A stretch of 32,114 nucleotides of DNA from Thermotogota bacterium (GTDB lineage: Bacteria > Bipolaricaulota > Bipolaricaulia > UBA7950 > UBA9294), in assembly GCA_039679545.1 (NCBI GenBank), contig JBDKUT010000103.1, positions 1-32,114 on the forward strand, given 5' to 3'. Below the pieces are notes generated by a model, which had not been told where the DNA came from, did no database searches, and saw nothing but the letters and a program-made list of their open reading frames with translations. The first letter of the stretch is position 1. Every line of letters starts with the position of its first letter. A program made the position numbers and the translations under genes. This document shows positions 26,173 to 32,114 of this stretch, piece by piece.

Positions 26173-27207
26173 TCACGCGTCCACGAGAGTTCCCTTGAAG
26201 AAGCGACGCTCCATGTTCCGCTCCCAATCCGTGAAGTCCCCTTCCTCGGCGTCGGAAGCGATGTGGGTTTTGATCATGTTCAGCTTGGCCGAGAGGTTGT
26301 CGAAGTGATAGATGGCGACAGCCTCCGGCGATTTCGGGACCATGGCCGCGGCGTACTCGAGCTCTCCGTGGTGGGAGATCAGGATATGCTCGAGAAGGAG
26401 AGGCGTTCGCAGGTCGGGCCACGTCAGAGACCGGGCCGCTTGACGAACCATGTCACGCCCGAGGAGAAGGTGCCCGATCAGCTGCCCTTCCAAGCTGTAC
26501 CGCGGGGCGATCGGGTTCTCGAGCTCGAGGAGCTTCCCGATGTCATGCAGGATCGCGCCCGCGACGGCAAGCCCGCGGCGTAGCCCGAGCGACGGCTCCT
26601 CGTCGGCGAAGCGAGCGACGCCCTGTGCAACCTCCAACGTGTGCTCGAGGAGGCCGCCGATGTAGGCATGATGGTTGGACACCGCGGCCGGCGCCTCACG
26701 GAAGGCTTCCGCGTGGTCGCGAAGCAGCGACTCGGTGAGGTCGCGAAGCGGTTCCGGCTCAATGGTTGCGGCGAGAGCGAGGAGGTGGGCCCACATCTCG
26801 TCGATGTTGTGCTCGGAGGTTGGCACAAGAAGCGTGGCATCGAAGCCCGGCAGCTTTCCGCCCTCTTGCTCTTCCTGCGTCAGGCGGCGGATCGATTCGA
26901 CGATGAGCTGGAGGGCATTGCGGTACGTCTCCACCCGCCCTTGGACGAAGACGAAGTCGCCCTCCTCGAACTGGCTCGCATAGCGCTGCGTCGCATCGGC
27001 CCAGGCGCGAGCTTGGACAACCGCTGTTCGATCGGCGAGAAGGATCTCCAAGTAAGGGTCTCCGGTTCGCGTCGACCGCTGGGTTTTCTTCTTGACGAGG
27101 AAGCACTGGCCGACGCGAGCTCCCTCGCGCAGGTCGGACACCGGGATGTGAAGGAGGTTGTAGGGGATGTCCCCCCGGACCCGATCGGAGAAGCGCTCGG
27201 TTGACAT
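26173..27207 (-). CDS. yhaM: OB-fold + HD domain 3'-5' exoribonuclease, YhaM/Cbf1 family (344 aa)
   Basis: OB-fold (GDPYLEILLADRT...GRVETY..QLIV), PAA..HHAYIGGLLEHT, ILHDIGK, GQLIGH, HILISHHGELEY; AAAGGA RBS. Confidence 0.85.
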   Translation of the reverse strand: MSTERFSDRVRGDIPYNLLHIPVSDLREGARVGQCFLVKKKTQRSTRTGDPYLEILLADRTAVVQARAWADATQRYASQFEEGDFVFVQGRVETYRNALQLIVESIRRLTQEEQEGGKLPGFDATLLVPTSEHNIDEMWAHLLALAATIEPEPLRDLTESLLRDHAEAFREAPAAVSNHHAYIGGLLEHTLEVAQGVARFADEEPSLGLRRGLAVAGAILHDIGKLLELENPIAPRYSLEGQLIGHLLLGRDMVRQAARSLTWPDLRTPLLLEHILISHHGELEYAAAMVPKSPEAVAIYHFDNLSAKLNMIKTHIASDAEEGDFTDWERNMERRFFKGTLVDA

Positions 27208-27237
27208 GGTGTCCTTTCCGTTCGCTGGAATCGCAGG

Positions 27238-27267
27238 AGTGTAGGTACGACGGGGTTCGGAAATCAA
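27238..27267 (-). promoter_or_regulatory. Sigma70-type promoter for the yhaM-like gene
   Basis: TTGATT (27267-27262), 18 nt spacer, TACACT (27243-27238). Confidence 0.55.
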
Positions 27268-27304
27268 CTGGAGCGACGTCCCTCGGGCTGCGCCGAGGGT
27301 CGAT

Positions 27305-27340
27305 TCAGAAACGCAACGACCCCGTTGGCGGGGTCGCTAC
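27305..27340 (-). terminator. Intrinsic terminator after the NosD-like gene
   Basis: Minus strand GUAGCGACCCCG-CCAA-CGGGGUCGUUGC followed by GUUUCU. Confidence 0.6.
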
Positions 27341-27378
27341 GGCACAGATTTGGGAAGCGCCCGTCGCTCGAAGGGCGA

Positions 27379-28200
27379 CTAGCTGTCGCACGTCTCCGGT
27401 TCGGGCGTCGGAACGAGCGGATGGGTTACGAGCGGGTAGCTGTCTTGGTCGCCGTCGCTATTGATCAGGTACGGGGAGTCCCAAATCCCGTCCTCATTTG
27501 CATCGATTGCCTTGAACTCGCTCCAGTAGTTCCCCTGGCGATCGGTGTTCCAGACGTTCGGTTCGTCCGAATACGCGTTGTGCAGGTTGGAGACAAACGC
27601 GTTCATCAGGAGGCGGTTCCTCGTCGATCCGAGGTTCAAGTACGCGCCCATGTGCGAGCCGTGGATCAAGTTGCCTATGACCTCGTTCTGGTTGGAGGCG
27701 TCAAGCCAGATCGAGGTGTCGTTTCGGTCGAAGACGTTGTAGAGGATCTGGTTCTCGCCCGAGTAGAACAGGTGCACGCCGTCCGTGTTCGTCTCGAACA
27801 CACAGTCCGAGATCCGTACGAAGGTGGAGTAGTTGAGGGCGATACCGACCCAGTTCGCGTCGAGCAGACACCCCTCGATGCGGCCGTTGCGGACATAGCT
27901 GAGCGAGATGCCGGCCTTGCTTGCGCCGGTGACTTCCACGTCGCGAACGATGAAGTAACGGGTCGTTCCATGAACGCGAACGCCGTAGTCGTCGTACCCC
28001 GCATCGATCTTCCAGCCCTGGATGACGTAGGGGTCTTCGGCGGTGCCGGATCCTGAACACACGCCGTTCGACGGCGTAAACTCGTAGTCGTTCGTGATCA
28101 CGATCGCCGTGTGCTCCGCTCGCTCCTCGCCCGCAACACCGAACAAGCCGAACCCGACAAGGAGAAGCAGCACACCAACAAAGACTACAGTTTGCTTCAT
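27379..28200 (-). CDS. Secreted right-handed beta-helix (NosD/CASH-like) protein
   Basis: Signal peptide; GSGTAEDPYVI.GWKI cap; GI.L...N.I..N repeats; C-terminal GNYWS...D.N.DGI.D.PY.I...QD.YPL; AAAGGAG RBS. Confidence 0.85.
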   Translation of the reverse strand: MKQTVVFVGVLLLLVGFGLFGVAGEERAEHTAIVITNDYEFTPSNGVCSGSGTAEDPYVIQGWKIDAGYDDYGVRVHGTTRYFIVRDVEVTGASKAGISLSYVRNGRIEGCLLDANWVGIALNYSTFVRISDCVFETNTDGVHLFYSGENQILYNVFDRNDTSIWLDASNQNEVIGNLIHGSHMGAYLNLGSTRNRLLMNAFVSNLHNAYSDEPNVWNTDRQGNYWSEFKAIDANEDGIWDSPYLINSDGDQDSYPLVTHPLVPTPEPETCDS

Positions 28201-28244
28201 AACCCATCACTCCTTTGGACGATCTTCCCTCAACGCGCAGATTC

Positions 28245-28273
28245 ATCTTAGCAGCTCGAACCACAGGGTTGAA
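28245..28273 (-). promoter_or_regulatory. Promoter for the NosD-like gene
   Basis: TTCAAC (28273-28268), 17 nt spacer, TAAGAT (28250-28245) with a TG extension. Confidence 0.5.
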
Positions 28274-28308
28274 GCCAATCGTACGTTGGTGAAGCGACTT
28301 TTTTCCTG

Positions 28309-29148
28309 TCACACTCCGAGGCGACGACGACGAACAACCTGCCAAAGTGTGACCGGAACGCTCTTCCGGCGGAAGAGGAAGACGAGAAGAAGGCCGGCGG
28401 CGAACCCGCCGATGTGGGCGAACCAGGCCGTCCCCCCCGCGCCGCCCGTCGAGCCCAGGCCGCTCAGGATCTGGAGGACAAACCAGAGGCCGAGGAGGAT
28501 GACGGCGGGCACGGCGACAAGGCGCACGAAGAAGAAGATGGGAATCAGCGTGACGATCCGCGAGAAAGGAAACAGCATGAGGTACGCGGCGAGTACGCCG
28601 GCGATTGCGCCCGACGCGCCGATCATAGGAAGCGAACTCCCGGGATCGACGGCGATCTGGGCGCCGGCGGCCGCCACGGCGCACATCAGGTAGAAAATAA
28701 GGAACCGAACCGAGCCCATCGCGCCCTCGACGTTGTCGCCGAAGATCCACAGGTACAGCATGTTCCCGAGCAGGTGGAGGAGGCAGCCGTGGAGAAAGAC
28801 GGACGTCAGGAGCGTGAGCCAGAGGGGGACGGGAATCGTGGGGGGCAGGTCGTGTCCACCCAGGAGCTCGCCGGGGATGAGCGCGTACTGCGCGATCAGC
28901 CTGTTGGTGGCCGAGATCGGGTACTGCGACGGGTTGCCGCCGTCTACAAGGTGGAGTTGGTAGGCCCGCTCGCTGTACGCGGGAGGGGGAAGGAGGCGGC
29001 TGGCGCGCCAGGGCGTGAGGTCGTTCAGCGTAGAGGGCTGCGTCTGAAGGTATCCCTGGTACAGGAAGACGAGCAGGTTGATGACGATCAGCGACACGGT
29101 CACGACGGGGAAGCGGCGGCTGCGCAGCGTGTCACGAAGCGGAATCAT
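28309..29148 (-). CDS. Rhomboid family intramembrane serine protease
   Basis: MIPLRD start typical of this subfamily; FLH...HLLGNMLYLWIFGDNVE, GASG (catalytic Ser), AWFAHIGGF (catalytic His). Confidence 0.93.
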   Translation of the reverse strand: MIPLRDTLRSRRFPVVTVSLIVINLLVFLYQGYLQTQPSTLNDLTPWRASRLLPPPAYSERAYQLHLVDGGNPSQYPISATNRLIAQYALIPGELLGGHDLPPTIPVPLWLTLLTSVFLHGCLLHLLGNMLYLWIFGDNVEGAMGSVRFLIFYLMCAVAAAGAQIAVDPGSSLPMIGASGAIAGVLAAYLMLFPFSRIVTLIPIFFFVRLVAVPAVILLGLWFVLQILSGLGSTGGAGGTAWFAHIGGFAAGLLLVFLFRRKSVPVTLWQVVRRRRLGV

Positions 29149-29154
29149 GCCGCG

Positions 29155-29183
29155 ATGGTAGCGGGGCGGGCTGGAGAGGACAA
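29155..29183 (-). promoter_or_regulatory. Promoter giving a probably leaderless rhomboid mRNA
   Basis: TTGTCC (29183-29178), 17 nt spacer, TACCAT (29160-29155), 6 nt, ATG; no SD. Confidence 0.55.
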
Positions 29184-29186
29184 CGG

Positions 29187-29214
29187 TTGATCTCGTGCAG
29201 GCCGTGACTACACT
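29187..29214 (+). promoter_or_regulatory. Promoter for the M42 peptidase operon
   Basis: TTGATC (29187-29192), 16 nt spacer, TACACT (29209-29214); AGGAGG RBS downstream. Confidence 0.55.
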
Positions 29215-29237
29215 CTACGCTGGCGGAAGGAGGCGGC

Positions 29238-30269
29238 ATGAAGCTGCTGAAGCAACTCACGCAGGCGACGGGGGTTCCAGGGTACGAGGGGCCGGTCCGA
29301 CGGGTGATTGTGGATGCGATTTCCCCGCACGTCGACTCGGTGGACGTAGACGCCTTGGGAAACGTCATCGCGCATAAGGCGGGTAAAGGTCCCGTCGTCG
29401 CCATCGCCGGGCACATGGACGAGATCGGTTTCCTCGTCAGTCACATCGAGGACGGATCGGGGTTCCTGCGGATCCACCCGCTCGGAGGGTTCGATCCCGT
29501 GACGCTCGTCGCCCAGCGTGTCGTTGTGCACGCCGCGAGTGGTGACCTCCCAGGGTGCATCGGCCGGAAGCCGATCCACATCCTGACGGACGACGAGAGG
29601 AAGAAGCCGGTCGACCTCGCCGACCTCTTCGTGGATGTCGGGTTGCCGGCTGGAGATGTGAAGGAAAAGGTCGCCGTCGGAGACGTTGTGACGATGCGCC
29701 AAGACTTCCTGGCCTACGGGGATGTTGTGTCCAGCAAGGCCATCGACGACCGCGTTGGCGTCTACGTGGCGATCGAGGCCGTGAAGCGCGCCAAGAAAGT
29801 TGCGTGCGACCTCTACATCCTGGCTACATCCCAGGAAGAAGTTGGCGTGCGCGGCGCCCAGGTGGCCGGGCATCGGATCGCGCCGGACATCGCGATTGCG
29901 CTCGACGTGTGCATCGCCGCCGATATGCCGGGCGTCTCGGAGAAGGACCAGCTGTCGCAGTTCCGCAACGGTGTCGCAATCTCTCTCAAGGACGCCCGCT
30001 CGATCTCGCACCCCGCGCTCGTGCGCGCCTTCCGAAATCTTGCCGAGAAGCGGAAGATCCCGCATCAGATCACGTTGGCGTCGAAGGGTGGCACGGACGC
30101 CGGTGGACTCCAGCTTGCGGGGGACGGCTCAGCGGCGATCACGCTGTCGATCCCGACGCGCTACGTGCACTCCGTGGTCGAGACGGTGCACGTCGGCGCG
30201 ATCGAATCGGCGATCGCCCTCGTTGCGGCGTTCCTGGAGACGGCGAACAAGGTGGATCTCGCGGGATGA
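29238..30269 (+). CDS. M42 family metallo-aminopeptidase (TET-like)
   Basis: GHMDEIG, SKAIDDRVG, QEEVG.RGA, IALDV, GGTDAG, PTRYVHS. Confidence 0.93.
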   Translation: MKLLKQLTQATGVPGYEGPVRRVIVDAISPHVDSVDVDALGNVIAHKAGKGPVVAIAGHMDEIGFLVSHIEDGSGFLRIHPLGGFDPVTLVAQRVVVHAASGDLPGCIGRKPIHILTDDERKKPVDLADLFVDVGLPAGDVKEKVAVGDVVTMRQDFLAYGDVVSSKAIDDRVGVYVAIEAVKRAKKVACDLYILATSQEEVGVRGAQVAGHRIAPDIAIALDVCIAADMPGVSEKDQLSQFRNGVAISLKDARSISHPALVRAFRNLAEKRKIPHQITLASKGGTDAGGLQLAGDGSAAITLSIPTRYVHSVVETVHVGAIESAIALVAAFLETANKVDLAG

Positions 30270-31633
30270 AAGCGGTGAAGCGGACGCTGTTCACGGGGTT
30301 CGACGTCGTTGCGACGATGGACGGCTCCGGGCGGGAGATTCGCGGCGGATTCGTACTCGTCGACGGCAACCGGATTGCCGCTGTGGGTGAGGCACCGACG
30401 GGTGTCCGGGCCGACGAAACGGTCCGCGGCGACGGGAAGGTTCTCCTGCCGGGGTTCGTGAACACGCACCACCACCTCTACCAATCGCTGTTCCGAAACG
30501 TTCCGGGGGCGTCCGACGCGAAGCTCTTCGACTGGCTCATCTTTCTCTACGACCGCTGGAAGAGGATTGGCGAGGATGCGATGCGCACGGCCGCCGCGGT
30601 CGCGTCGAGCGAGCTCTTGCTCTCGGGAGCGACGACGACGACCGATCACTGCTACCTCTATCCGCGCGGCGGAGGAGATATCCTCGCTGCGGACATTGAA
30701 GGGGCGGAGCTGGCGGGGATCCGGTTCCACCCCTGTCGGGGCTCCATGTCGCTCTCCAAGAAGAACGGGGGACTGCCGCCCGACAGCGTGGTCCAGACGG
30801 AGGACGAGATCCTTGCCGACTGCCGCCGCGTGATCGAGCGGTACCACGACCCGGAGCCCCTGGCCATGCTCCGGATTGCGCTCGCTCCGTGCTCCCCCTT
30901 CTCCGTGACACCGGAGCTGAAGCGGGAAACGCTCCGGCTGGCCGACGAGTATCGAGTGCTCGTTCACACCCATCTCGCGGAGACTGAGGACGAGGAGGCC
31001 TACTGCCTCGAGCGCTTCGGGCGGCGGCCGGTGGACCTGATGGAGGATCTCGGCTGGCTCCGCGACGACGCCTGGTTCGCTCATCTCGTCGGTCTGAACG
31101 AGACGGACATCGACAAGCTCGCCCGCGCCCGCGTGGGAATGGCCCACTGCCCCACGTCGAACATGACGCTCGGATCGGGGATCGCCCCGGTCGCGAAGAT
31201 GATCGACACCGGGATCAAGATTGGCCTCGCCGTCGATGGATCGGCGAGCAACGATTCGTCGAACATGATCCGTGAGGTTCGGCAGGCGATGCTTCTGCAG
31301 CGCGTTCGCTATGGGGCTGACGCGCTCTCCGCCCGCGATGTGCTCTCCATGGCGACGATCGGCGGCGCGCGGGTACTCCACCGGGAGGCGGAGATCGGGT
31401 CGATCGAGGTGGGCAAGGCGGCCGACCTCATCGCGTTCGACTTGAATGACGTCGCCTTTGCTGGCGCACAAGCCGATCCTGTCGCCGCTTTGGTCCACTG
31501 CGCGGCCGATCGGGTCGATTTCGCCATGGTCAACGGGGAGTGGTGCGTTCGGGACGGACGGCTCGTCGACGAGGCGCTCTACGATCTCGTGCCTGTGCAA
31601 AACGCTATCTCGGCGCGCCTTGTCGGGCGATGA
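30266..31633 (+). CDS. Amidohydrolase, 8-oxoguanine deaminase / AtzB-like (455 aa)
   Basis: ATGA overlap; PGFVNTHHHLYQ, APCSPFSVT, HTHLAET, WFAH, AVDGSASND; the PCSPFS and SAS motifs mark the 8-oxoguanine/isoxanthopterin deaminase group. Confidence 0.85.
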   Translation: MKAVKRTLFTGFDVVATMDGSGREIRGGFVLVDGNRIAAVGEAPTGVRADETVRGDGKVLLPGFVNTHHHLYQSLFRNVPGASDAKLFDWLIFLYDRWKRIGEDAMRTAAAVASSELLLSGATTTTDHCYLYPRGGGDILAADIEGAELAGIRFHPCRGSMSLSKKNGGLPPDSVVQTEDEILADCRRVIERYHDPEPLAMLRIALAPCSPFSVTPELKRETLRLADEYRVLVHTHLAETEDEEAYCLERFGRRPVDLMEDLGWLRDDAWFAHLVGLNETDIDKLARARVGMAHCPTSNMTLGSGIAPVAKMIDTGIKIGLAVDGSASNDSSNMIREVRQAMLLQRVRYGADALSARDVLSMATIGGARVLHREAEIGSIEVGKAADLIAFDLNDVAFAGAQADPVAALVHCAADRVDFAMVNGEWCVRDGRLVDEALYDLVPVQNAISARLVGR

Positions 31634-31634
31634 G

Positions 31635-31919
31635 ATGATGCGAGTCTCCGTCGAACTGGGCTTATCGTTCAAGAAGGATCTGAGCAGGGACTACCACGAA
31701 CTGGAGCTTCCGGAGGGGGCAAGCGTCGAGGCGGCCGTGCGCGCTTTGGCATCACGGCATCCCGCGGCGCGGCCCCGTCTGCTCGACGACGCCGACCGCG
31801 TGCGGAGCCACGTCGCGGCCTTGATCAACGGAGGCAACGTCGCGTGGAAGGACGGTTTGCGCACCCCGCTACACGACGGAGATCGCCTCACGCTTCTTCC
31901 GCCGGTGGGAGGAGGATGA
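31635..31919 (+). CDS. MoaD/ThiS/SAMP-like ubiquitin-fold protein (94 aa)
   Basis: Beta-grasp pattern; LING.NV...GL.TPL.DGD.LTLLPPVGGG ending in di-Gly; 1 nt after the upstream stop. Confidence 0.88.
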   Translation: MMRVSVELGLSFKKDLSRDYHELELPEGASVEAAVRALASRHPAARPRLLDDADRVRSHVAALINGGNVAWKDGLRTPLHDGDRLTLLPPVGGG

Positions 31920-31924
31920 CCCTC

Positions 31925-31965
31925 AAGAAAGGCAATCGGGGAGCTCCCGAAGGAGGCTCCCCGAT
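31925..31965 (-). terminator. Strong hairpin, terminator-like on the minus strand (possibly bidirectional)
   Basis: ATCGGGGAGC(TCC-CGAA-GGA,G)GCTCCCCGAT at 31935-31965; the U-rich tail (TGCCTTTCTT) is on the minus strand only. Confidence 0.55.
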
Positions 31966-32067
31966 CGGTGTGGTGGCTATCCGCAAGGAGGTTTAGCGGA
32001 AGAGCAGCCTTAGGCTGCTGACCGTAGAATGCCCGCGGGCTGTGAATTCCGTGTGAAGGGGGGATGG

Positions 32068-32114
32068 TTGAAGCGTGTCGATTCCCTTCGGGCTCTGCGG
32101 TTAGGCATCACGCG
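32068..32114 (+). CDS. Possible start of the next CDS (truncated by window)
   Basis: AAGGGGGG SD-like run then TTG, giving MKRVDSLRALRLGIT...; TAGAAT -10-like hexamer at 32025. Too short to verify. Confidence 0.25.
   Translation, partial: MKRVDSLRALRLGIT

Noticed and set aside
27379..28200. NosD-like gene as evidence of N2O reduction
   Set aside because: No nosZ/F/Y/L in the window; this beta-helix is a generic surface domain.
28309..29148. Rhomboid as a rhombosortase for the neighbouring secreted proteins
   Set aside because: None of the secreted proteins has a C-terminal GlyGly-CTERM or TM tail, and the sequence is the common MIPLRD-type rhomboid.
31966..32114. tmRNA-like hints on the minus strand (frame ending ...RSAA-TAA in a hairpin; CCACCA)
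   Set aside because: No T-arm before CCACCA, no recognisable resume signal, and too little room for the pseudoknots. Kept only as a generic sRNA candidate.
1..32114. Mobile elements, defence systems, CRISPR arrays, stop-codon recoding
   Set aside because: I saw no integrase, transposase or cas motifs and no regularly spaced repeats; TAG/TGA stops fall at expected protein ends.

Overview
High-GC prokaryotic (bacterial) chromosomal segment, mostly housekeeping. Left to right: a tightly overlapping de novo purine cluster (3' end of purL, purQ, purH, a purC-purE[class II-like] fusion, purD, purN, purF); a convergent PKD+TlpA redoxin lipoprotein; type-2 ileS with a structured leader carrying a small ORF; purA; an orphan rplM with no rpsI behind it; a hypothetical lipoprotein; three secreted modular proteins (PKD, vWA and a shared beta-sandwich + duplicated-helix 'xPLP' module); a convergent six-gene operon (aspS, DUF4129, membrane protein, MoxR, DUF58, membrane protein); a YhaM-like nuclease; a secreted NosD-type beta-helix protein; a rhomboid protease; and an M42 peptidase / 8-oxoguanine deaminase-like / MoaD-SAMP-like operon followed by a structured intergenic region. 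I saw no rRNA, tRNA, CRISPR array or mobile element. The best candidate for an undescribed system is the 14.1-24.3 kb surface-protein locus facing a MoxR operon. The archaeal-flavoured surface domains suggest a lineage such as Bipolaricaulota (Acetothermia/OP1), but this is an unverified impression. Starts were set by eye from RBS and overlap patterns, and domain calls are motif recognition, not database searches.
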